Shown in pieces: positions 53,541 through 64,000 of a stretch of DNA of 64,000 nt; position 1 is the stretch's first letter; every line of letters starts with the position of its first letter. The notes under the pieces are model-generated. The model was not told the origin of the DNA. It saw only the letters and a program-made list of their open reading frames with translations, and made no database searches. The position numbers and the translations under genes were made by a program. Location of the stretch: assembly GCA_951406725.2 (NCBI GenBank), contig OX597818.1, forward strand, positions 68,510,001 to 68,574,000, read 5' to 3'. The DNA is from Octopus vulgaris. Lineage: Eukaryota.

Positions 53541-54229
53541 CATATTCCTGACCTTTAGAATTCTAATAGGTTTCTAGAAATTTATGAAGGTATCACACAG
53601 TACAATTTCTCTTAACCTTTATAAATATATGTCCCAGAACTCAATGATAGAACCTTGAAACAGTCATTTGACTTACAAGAAATAGCAGCAAAATTTCCTT
53701 CATATTGCACACTATCATCTTTGATAAAGGATTATACATTCTATAATGTAATCTATGATGTACAACATGGGGGTGGTCACTACTGGAATGTCTATAAACA
53801 TGCACCAGCTAAATCAGAGCTGATCTGGGGCTAAAGAAAAACAAATGTATATATGAGTACCCAAACATATTTGAAAAGGATTAAAATCATAGTCACTGCT
53901 TTTGATAATTGTTTTCGGTATCTGTAAAATCAGAAGCAGACATACGTTTGGCCCTTCCACCCTTCAGCTCGTGGGTTATAGAGAATGAGAATATTGGGAA
54001 GAAAAGGGAGAGTTTCACCAGTGCCAGGTCAGCACTTGTTCATTGCTGAGGATACTGAAGTCACATGACATGAAGTACCTTGCTGAAAAGTACTCGATGA
54101 GCCACCTACCCCCACCAGGAAGTACAACCATGCCTTTATGCATGTGATCCCAACACCTTCACTCGGAGGTGACATGCCTTTACTGTATAAGGAATCAGGT
54201 AAGTGTAGTTTGTTTCTCTCTGCACATAT

Positions 54230-54651
54230 AGGCCCAGCTGTGACTGTGTGGCAAGAAATTTGCTCCACAACCACATGGTTCCAGATTCAGTCCCCCTGCA
54301 TGGCACCTTGGGCAAGTATCTTCTAATATGGCCTCAGGATGAGCGAAGCCTTGTGAGTCGATTTGGTAGAGGAAAACCGAGAGGTCCGTCATGTGTGTAT
54401 GTGTCATTGTCTTTGTGTGTTTGTTTAACGATTGGTGTTGTGTTTATGTCCCCTAACTTAGCAGTCCACTAAAAGAGACTGATAGAATAAGCACCAAGCT
54501 ATAGTGGTAAGTAGCTTGTTAACCAAGCACATGGTTCCGGGTTCAGTCCCACTGCATGGCACCTTGGGCAAGTGTCTTCTACTATAGCCTCGGGCTGACA
54601 AAAGCCTTGTGAGTGGTTTTGGTAGATGGAAACTGAAAGAAGCCCGTCGTA

Positions 54652-54691
<40 letters not shown>

Positions 54692-54998
54692 TGTGTGTGT
54701 TTGTGTGTCTGTGTTTGTCCCCCTAGCATTGCTTGACAACCGATGCTGGTGTGTTTATGTCCCTGTTACTTAGCGGTTCGGCAAAAGAGACCGATAGAAT
54801 AAGTACTGGGCTTACAAAAGAATAAGTCCCGGGGTCGAGCTGCTCGATTAAAGGCGGTGATTCAGCATGGCCGCAGTCAAATGACTGAAACAAGTAAAAG
54901 AGTAAAAGAGTACTGGGGTTGTGTTATTCAACTAGATTCTTTCGAGGCATTGCTCCTGCATGGCCGCAATCCAATGAGTGAAGCAAGTACAAGATAAA
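54230..54998 (+). mobile_element. Nested family A SINEs (younger copy 54503-54911 inside an older copy)
   Basis: Older copy stops at GATAGAATAAGCACCAAGCT (54500) and resumes at TACTGGGGT... (54911). A nearly complete copy lies between. Confidence 0.8.
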
Positions 54999-57179
54999 TG
55001 ATACGTAGATAAAAAGATAAAAGATTTGCAAGATGGAAATATGTATAATGGCTTCACTCTGTTGTCATCCTATTGCTGCTGTAATACGCTGTTGCTGTTT
55101 TAATTAATTCCAAAAATAATGATGAATTTCATAAAATAACTGTCATTATTAAACTGATGTTTGGAATATGAAATAACATGAGTGTTTAACGAAAGGTTTT
55201 AATTTAGATTACTTTAAAACAAAGATTGTATCTGATAAGCTGGGGTTGTCACGGGTGGGTTGGCATCAAAAAGATTAAGATAGCAATAATTTAAATAAGA
55301 ATATGATATTCATTTATGGTTGACATAAAATTCAAAGAATTCTTCTTAATGACCCATCTAAATTGTAATGAAAGGAATATTAATATATGCCATATTGATG
55401 AGGATAAATGAGAGATCTTGCCAAAGGAAACGTCCCTGATAAATAAATATTGAGAAAACATCTACAATAAATGTTTGTTTTATGGGTTTTCAGAGATTAT
55501 TCATTAAACATGCTGAGAGGGAAGGATTCGAATATTGTTTGTTTGTAGAGAGGAAATAATATCAAGTATAGAGACTAAGGTAGAATGGTTAGCATGAAGG
55601 ATGAAATCCTTAGTATCATTTTGCATAGCTTTGTGTTGTGGGTTCAAATTCTGCTGAGGCCAGCTTTGTCTTTTATCCTTTTGAGATTGATAAAATAAAC
55701 ATTTGTTGGGCGCTGGGGTCGATTGTAATCAATGTACCCCTTCACATCCCCAAAATTGCAGGCCTTGCATCAAAATTGAAATGTAACTGTTTTGGCTTTG
55801 AGAAGTCTCTTTTAAAGATGAAAACCTCAAAATAAACAATTGCTCGTCCTCATCATCATTTTAACGTCCACTTTTTCATGTTGGCATGGGTTGGACAAAG
55901 TTCTATTGAAGCAGATTTTCTATGGTCAGAGGCTCTTCTTGTCACCAATGCACAACTGTTTCCAAGTAAAGCAATAATTTTCTCATGGCTACAAATGCTT
56001 ACTCAGAATAATGGCAATCAATGACATGCACATTGTCGATGTGTATATGTGTGTGTGTGTGCATGTGTATGTGTGTGTATGTGTGTGTGTATGTGCATGT
56101 GTGTGTGAATGTGTGTGTACATGTGTATGTGTGTGTGCACATGCATGTGTGTGCATGTGTATGTGTGTGTATGTGTGTATGCATGTGCATGTGTGTGTGA
56201 ATGTGTGTGTGCACATGCATGTGTGTGCATGTGTATGTGTGTGTTTGCACGTGCATGTATGTGCATTGCATGTGTATGCACTCTTAGAGAGTCTGAAATG
56301 GAATCTTTCAGTGAATATTTGTGTTTGCTTTTGTAAGTGTTGGGTCACAATCAGTATTTACCTGGCTACTTCCCTATCTATAAAATCTATGTTTATTTAC
56401 CTACCTGTCTGTTTGCCTACCAATCTCTTGTCTATTTATTTATCTGCTGATCAGTTTATCATCATCATTATCATCATCAACATCAGCACAACAACTACCA
56501 ACAGCAAAACCAATACAACAACCACATTCACCATAATTTCTGCCACAAACAACAACAACAATAATGCCATGGATAAGATAAGCAACTGCAATCATCAAAA
56601 TGCAGTTACATGAGAAAATGTGGTGCCCTACTTTATTTTAAAATTTGAATGCAAGATCTTTGCTCTTCAGTCAATAAGGATTGAAATTTAACAGGAACAA
56701 TAATACAATTAATGAAATAACCACCACCACTGCCAATTATACCACCCGCCATCGTCAACAACAAAGACAATACAATCAATACCACCATCTCTACTAAACC
56801 ACCAACATTTTATTAACTAGCTGGCAGTAAACAAATAATAGTGCAAGCATGTTAGCAATGTCTGTAGCTACATATACTGTATGTCATTACAGCAGTGTGT
56901 ATGTGTATGCATATGTATGTGTGAGTAGATAAAATGTAATGGTTTTATGGTTCATTTCCAAGATGCAAGGTGCAAAGTGCCCATGAACTAACTGTAATCA
57001 CTCAGTACATCCCCCACTTCTCTCACATTTCTTCTTCTTTCCCTTCTTAATATCCATAGAAATATGATCACAAATTTTTGCTCTCACATAGAAATTCATT
57101 TCTTGTGCTTTTTTTTCCTTTATTACATATTTAGAGATAATTGTGGGTGGCTGCCACTGTTGGATTTAACTACAACTCA

Positions 57180-58560
57180 AGATGACTGAAGGGAAGCTAT
57201 CAACTGGAAGTGAAGATAACAGTGTGAAGAGGAACCACAAAAGCGTTACACTGGATATTAAACTTGATGTTTTAAAAGGCTTCATGGAAAAGAAAGCATC
57301 AGCAACATTATGAAGAACATTCAAGCTTGTAATGTCTGCAGTGAGAACAATATTTGACAATAAAGAGAAAATTATGCTAAGTGCTGAAGAAGTTTATCTC
57401 ATACCTGTTCAGTGGGCGTATTTTTAATCATAGATTTAATGTGATGCTTAAAATGGGATGGCTTTGAGGAGTATGAATTGACAATCAAACTGGAGTTTTA
57501 AAAAATAACAAAAAAATTATATGATAATTTGACAGTTCTGACACAAATTGCTGCTAGTAATTATACTGAGCAGTTGAAAATTAAAATGATTGCTAAAGAT
57601 GGCTAAACACAGGAGCAAGTATAAGATGACATTGCAACTGTATTGAGGAGGAAAATCAGGATTTTAAAGTTTCCAAAAGTCTTTTGATGATTCTCCTGGG
57701 TGGAAATGTTCAGGATGATAGGAAATTAAAACCCTACTTATGTATCACTTTGAAAGCTCAAGGGTTTTCAAAAGTTATGCAGAGCTGAATCTACCTTCAA
57801 ATAAAATGGAGTAACTAAAAGTTTTTTCAAAGAGTTGTTTGCAAACTCTCTTTTCTCCTGCTGTAGAAAGATAAAGTGCAACACAAAATATTCCACAAAG
57901 CATTGTTCCTTTTAGACAATGCCTCAAGCTGCCCAGTGAACTTCAATGAGCTTTTAGATAGTAGAATATGTTCTCATGACATTACTTTAATGGCTAACTT
58001 CAAGGCATATTATCTGAGAACTTCAAATGTATGAAGGCATTTGACAAGGAGAAAAACATTTTAGTAAAGGATTTCTAGAAGAATGGATTCTTTGGCTAGC
58101 ACAGCTGTATCATGAGATGAAGTGAAACACTTTTGAAAAGTGCTTGGGAAAATATATGGCCAATGGGTAACTATGGCAACAGGTTTACCTCAAATTCAGG
58201 AAGTTATTGTGATATTTGCAAATGATGTTGAGTTTAAAGAAGTTACAGATGATATGGTTGAGATACTAGTGTCTTGTAGAGAAAGTTTTTTCTAACAAAG
58301 AACTGATGCTGTTTGAACAAGAATCAGTTGAGAAAATGTATAAGGACAAGGAAATTGCAAAACCTTTCCTTAAAGAATGTTGTTAAAAGCTTGGCACATG
58401 CAGCGGAAGGTCTGCAAGGTTTCACTTATAAAATCCCAAATTTTGAATGTAACCACAAGAAATTACAAGAAAAATTAACGATGAATTCAGTTCCTTCATT
58501 GTAGAAAGAGATGATGCAGATAGACATCAAACCATTTTGTATTTCTTCATCTCTCAAGTA
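57180..58560 (+). mobile_element. Decayed Tigger/pogo (CENP-B-like HTH + DDE) transposase
   Basis: SVKRNHKSVTLDIKLDVLK...SAVRTIFDNKEKI (HTH-psq-like), LLGGNVQDDRKLKP, LLDNASSCP and ANFKAYYLR resemble Tigger LLGANAAGDFKLKP / LLIDNAPGHP / FKSYYLR. Many stops and frameshifts. Confidence 0.8.
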
Positions 58561-58699
58561 GATGACGGAAGATGGTGTCCTTCATCCTCTCTGTAGCTCC
58601 TATTTCATTCTGTTTGTATGCAGAAGGTGCACAGGAGCCATAGAAACTACAGGAACCTGATTTTATCAGTACATGAAACTATAGGAACCTGATTTTCTC

Positions 58700-59602
58700 A
58701 AATGCCCTGGGGGCTCATTAGAGGTTGTGAATAATTTCTGCTACCCAGGGGACTAAATCAGTAGCGGGGGAGGGAAGCTGTACAGAAAGTGTAATCGGCA
58801 GAATAAGAAAAGGATGGAGAAAATTGAGGGAGATTTTACTGCTGTTGGCAACCGAAAGTTTCTCTCTTTTGTATGATGCATGCATATGAACAGTAAATCT
58901 AAATGATAGTAAGACATGGGCCCTGAATGCAGAGGACATGCAAAGGCTAGAGAGGGACGAAGATAGTATGCTATGCTGGATTTGTATTGTCAGTGTACAT
59001 GTGTAGCAGAGTGTTAGTGTATTGAGAGAGAAGTTAGGCTTCAGAGGAATGAGATGCAATGTGCAAGAGAGGAAACTAGACTGGCTTAGTCCTGTAATGG
59101 GGATGGATGTAGACAATCCCATAATGAAGTGCCAATCATTCAAGGGGAATGGAAGTGGGGAGACCTGGGAAGATTTGGGATGAAGTACTGAAGGACGATC
59201 TGAGAATGCTGTACCTTTCAGATGAGATGACAAAGGGCCAAGATATCTGGGGCTTTGCTTTACTCAAGAAGATCCATCTTCCACAGCAGAGCTGTTAAGA
59301 CTGAAGGGGATCGGCTTGTAAAAGCAGCTGTGCTGGTGCCACGTAAAAGGTGTCATATTGGCACCAGGTAAAAAGCTCCTTTACCTGTGCCATGTAAAAG
59401 CACCCATGCTGCTGCTGCCACATAGAAAGCACCCAGTATACTCTCTAAGGTGGTTGGCATTAGGAAGGGCATCCAGTCATAGAAACTCAAGCCAGATCAG
59501 ATTGGAGCCTGGTGCAGGTCTCCTCGATGCCAGCTCTGGTCAAACCATCATCCAACCCATGCCAGCATGTAAAACAGACATTAAATATTGATGATGATGA
59601 TG
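58700..59602 (+). mobile_element. RTE LINE 3' fragment running into the family C tail
   Basis: RIRKGWRKLREILLLL...YDACI...SKTWALNAEDMQRLER...MLCWIC...LREKLG...ERKLDW, then GTGCCACGTAAAAG repeats, GGAAGGGCATCCAG and TCCAACCCATGCCAGCATG...(GAT)n. Confidence 0.85.
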
Positions 59603-59661
59603 AATATATATATATCTTTTATTTTCTACTTGTCTCAGTCATTAGAAGGTAGCCACGCTGG

Positions 59662-59722
<61 letters not shown>

Positions 59723-61700
59723 TATTATATTATATTATATTATATTATGCTATATATATATTATCCCAAATTTTTCTGGGTCTCTCTCTTCCATCCACTT
59801 TAAATAATTGGCACTTCTTTATGAGATTGTCTACATCCGTCCACATTACATGATTAAGCCATTGATTTAATTATTGTTATTTTAATCTTTTAGGCTTAAT
59901 TGAAACAAAGAGAATATGTTGGATTTTTGCTGATAATAAATTATATTAATGCTTTATCTCCAATTTCTTAAATTTTTTCAATATTTATAAACCAAGATTT
60001 ATATTTAGACCTATCATTTTATGAATATTATTATTCACAAAAAAAGTATTAGGTAATAAACCAATAATTCATTGAATATTATTTTCCCTTAACGAGGCTA
60101 TTTTAACCTCTAATTGAATGTGTGTATGTGTGTATATATATATATATAATTGAAAGTCAAGAGGTGGGGAAATTTATTCACATCCCAGACTTTTTTATTA
60201 ACAAGTTTTCTACAACATTTATAACAATGACCAACACACACACATATAGATAGATATTATATAATATATTATATATGTATATATGATATATACACATGTA
60301 TGATATATATGTGCATATATATCATATATATGGCGAGCTGCCAGAAACATTAGCACACTGGGCGGAATGCTTAGCAGTATTTCATCTATTGTTACATTCC
60401 GAGTTCAAATTCCGCCGAGGTTGACTTTGCCTTTCATCCTTTCAGGGTCGATAAATTAAGTACCAGTTACACACTGGGGTCGATGTAAGAGACTTAATCC
60501 CTTCATCTGTCCTTGTTTGTCCCCTCTGTGTTTAGCCCCTTGTGGGTAGTAAAGAAAAAAATATACATATATATATACATAGAGAGAGAGAGATATATAC
60601 ATGTCTGTGTGTGTTTATGTATATATAAGAGACTATCAGTTTTTATCTACTAAATCCCCTTATAAGGCTTTTGGTTGGCCCCTGAGGCTAATATAGAAGC
60701 CACTTATCCATGTTGTTGAAGAGCAGTAGAACTGAACCTGAATCCCTCTGGTTGGGAAGCAGCTTTGTTACCACACAGTCATGCTTGCCCATACTTCCAA
60801 GCATTCACTGAGAAACTGTCTTCTCCTTTCATCCTCCTTTCATGACTGACACCAAAGAAATTTCTCAGTGTGTCTGTGCTCGGTGACAGCTTGTGTACTT
60901 TAAGAGAAATCACGGTACTTTTGCTGAAATGCAAGTTTTCTGTATGGAAACAACAAATGTATGCACAATTCTAATTAATTAATCTGAGCATTTGATGTTC
61001 AAAAGACTTGCATACTTGAAACGGTTTGTCTGGCCTTCTTTGCTATAATATTAACAAACCTGTCCACCATTCAAAAGGAAATTACCTTTGGGTCAAATAA
61101 ACCGATTTTATAACCAGTACACTACATGTCCCCCAAATGCCTACATGTTTCTTGTTAATTCTGCTAAAATGGGACCTTTGTGCTACATCAGTCACTTTAC
61201 ATTACTATGAAGTAGATCAGATGCGATTGATTTCCTTCTGTGTAAGATTTATTCTTCCCTGTAATCACTAAGAGAAAAAGGTTTTCTTTGATTCCAAGCT
61301 GATTCTTAAGGCAATTTACCAAACTTATGCCACAATAGAGAGAGAGAGAGATGAACACACACACACACACACACACACACATATGTTTATATATGTGTGT
61401 GTGCATCCCACCCACGCTAGCATGGAAGGTGGATGTTAAACGATGCTGGTGATGACAAGGATTATATATATATGTATATATATATATGTGTGTGTGTATA
61501 CATATATATATATACACACACACACATACAAGTATTTACACATACATCCACCCACACACAGACACACATAAATATATATATTCCCATGACAACTAAATAT
61601 GTCACATCCTTATTACATTCTATCTCTTTTTCTTTTTCTTTCGATATTTTCTTCCTTGCATTCCCCCCTCCCCCTCCTGTTATTCTTTTGTTCTTTCTGT

Positions 61701-61736
<36 letters not shown>

Positions 61737-62199
61737 ATTTCACCGAATACAACCCACAATTTCATCTCCTGCCTCTTCTTTTTCCCCTTTTCTCTTTCTC
61801 TTTCCCAGATTCCATGTCCACCTGCATTGCCATATAAACAATGAACAAAACTACTCTTCCCAAGGTTCTTACCTCCTCCAATGCATCCATCTTTCTGGTA
61901 GTTTGTAAGAATTCACAAACACCTCATTAAATCAACAGAACCTTTTCATTGGCAGACAATGATTAATATCCTGAAGTCTAAGCAACAAAGAAACCTGACT
62001 GAAACAGAAGCAAAAATGGCTTGAAGAATTATGCATGTCAAATTCATGGACTCCCAAAGAGTCCATGGATATTATGAATAATATTTAATAATAGCCTATG
62101 GATATGGTGAGGTGGTCCCATAAAAATGCATGTCATGCCGGAACACATGTAGCAAAACATTAATAACAATATAAAATCTCCATCCATGAGGTATTCTTC

Positions 62200-62662
62200 A
62201 TTATTGATTCATTTATCCTATGCTTCATGGAGCGCTGCACACGTAATGATCCCATGCAGTTAACTTGTCATGTTGGGAATAATATGGTAGCCAGCCACAT
62301 GTGGCATAGAATCTTTTTTTGAGCACACTGGTAGACGTCTGCCACATAAAATACAAAGATCGTATCACAGTATCTTGCAATCGACAAGACTATTGGATGT
62401 TGTTATACATCACTGGTCACTATGCACTTCACAGGGTCTTAGCTTTTGAATGATGCCAAACTACTGGGTAGGCAAGCAGACCAATACCACCCCGCCCCCT
62501 GATCAGAAGGCTATTCTGTCACAGGGTTACCAATTTATAGCAGAATGGAGTGGTGCAATGTGAGATGAAGCGTTTTGCTCAAGAACACAGCACACCACCT
62601 GGGAATCGAACCAATGGTCTAGTAATTTTGTGTGCAACATGCTAACCATTAACCCACATGTC
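62200..62662 (-). mobile_element. Fourth tRNA-derived SINE family (V/CORE-like), decayed
   Basis: Minus strand has TGGGTTAATGGTTAGC (A-box-like), GGTTCGATTCCC (B box), and GTGTTCTTGAGCAAAACGCTTCATCTCACATTGC. Confidence 0.6.
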
Positions 62663-62744
62663 TTCTCTCCCTCTCTTTCACACACACACACACACACACA
62701 CAAGTATAGGTATATACATTTATATGCACATATATGTTAGTTAA

Positions 62745-62930
62745 TTTTTGGCTCAAAAGCAAATAGCAAGGCCATGTAGGGGGACATGGAGTTAAGTACA
62801 GGGTGGTGTTCATGTAAAGAATTCAGGCCACTTGAGGTCAAGGGAGACTTTGAACAAAGCGGTCGTCGGCATCTTCACCATCTCATCTGGCAGCTTGTTC
62901 CACGGATCCGCAACCCGGACGGAGAAAGTG
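62745..62930 (-). mobile_element. CR1-like LINE 3' end (different subfamily)
   Basis: FSVRVADPWNKLPDEMVKMPTTALFKVSLDLKWPEFFT*. Confidence 0.75.
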
Positions 62931-63329
62931 AAGAACAGCTCTTTCGAGAGGTTACACTTTCTGCTTATGATGTTGTGAGCGAGAATGAGAATGAGAATGA
63001 GAATGTATGTACGCTATGAAAAGAAATAACTGATGCAATTGTTATTGGACAATAATTACATGAAATTCAGCTGTAAATGATGGTCTTTAGGTCTGTGTTT
63101 GTCCCCCACAACACCAAAACAACTTGACAACTGGTGTTGGTGTGTTTGCATCCCAGTAACTTAGCAATTTGGCAAAAGTGATGGCTAGAATAGGTACAAG
63201 GCTTAAAAAATAGAATACACTGGACGATTCATTCAACTAAAAGTCTTTTAAGGCTGCGCCCCAGCATGGCCACAGTCTAATGACTGAAACAAGGAAACAG
63301 TAAAAGATATATATAAATACATATATATA

Positions 63330-63705
63330 TATACGTGTGTATATATACATGCATACATGCATGTAAGCAAGTATGTATGTACGTATGTATGCATGCATGT
63401 ATGTATGTATGTATGTATGTATGTATGTATGTATGTATGTATGTATGTATGTATGTATGTATGTATGTATGCATGCATGTATGTATGTATGTAAATATGT
63501 ACTTATGTATGTATGTATGTATGTAAATATGTACATATGTATGTATGTGTGTGTGTATGTATGTATGTATGTATGTATGTATGTATGTGTGTGTGTGTGT
63601 GTGTATGTATGTAATTATGTATGTATGTATGTATGTATGCATGTATGTGTGTAAACATGTATTTATGTATGTAAACATGCATTTATGTGTGTATAAATAT
63701 ATGTA
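63330..63705. repeat. (TATG)n-dominated microsatellite
   Basis: Read directly from the sequence. Confidence 0.95.
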
Positions 63706-64000
63706 TTTATCAAAATTGCTGATGGCTACCCCACCTTCATGCTATGGCCAAACCAATGCCACAATTTGATTGATGATAATGATCAGTAAATAGAATATGG
63801 TAAAGAAGAAGCTTTTGTAAAAGAATCGAAGATAATTCTTCAGATTTAAAAGTGCAAAGCTTTGACTATTCTCATACAATTGAAAAGCTAAGTAGAAACA
63901 ACATATTTTTTTTTCCTTTTTAACCATCTTTTTAAATCAATTTTGACATATGCCAGTGTTTTTTTAGCACCATGGCAGCATAGCAGTTGGTTACTTTGCA

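Noticed and set aside
55393-55440. TTGATGAG...GAAACGTC hammerhead-like string
   Set aside because: No stem I, and stem II is not adjacent to GAAA.
59838-59925. GATTAAGCC/GGCTTAATT stem followed by GAAAC with TCCACAT/ATGTTGGA flanks
   Set aside because: The CUGANGA core and stem III are not recognisable; at best a heavily decayed relic.
62042-62070. Hairpin ATTCATGGACTC-CCAAA-GAGTCCATGGAT
   Set aside because: Isolated and too short for a pre-miRNA, with no supporting context.

Overview
AT-rich, repeat-dense eukaryotic intronic/intergenic DNA. The SINE families and microsatellite load suggest an octopus (cephalopod) genome; this is an inference. I recognise no intact host protein-coding gene. 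Almost all ORFs in the track are translations of (TA)n/(CA)n/(TATG)n/(TAA)n microsatellites or SINEs. Supported content: a full-length but disabled Hsmar1/cecropia-like mariner with TIRs and TA target-site duplication (37406-38693), a decayed Tigger/pogo transposase, two TA-flanked MITEs, a non-autonomous Helitron, RTE, CR1/L2 and R4/Dong LINE fragments, Penelope-like remnants, and three abundant short-retroposon families. The most interesting signal is a set of hammerhead-ribozyme motifs read by eye. One at 51631-51695 has a complete type I fold and heads a duplicated structured unit with a LINE-like tail (possible retrozyme or ribozyme-headed SINE). Several minimal, palindromic-stem-III Penelope-type hammerheads are in various states of decay. 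A few weak candidate host exons are noted. Boundaries of decayed repeats are approximate.
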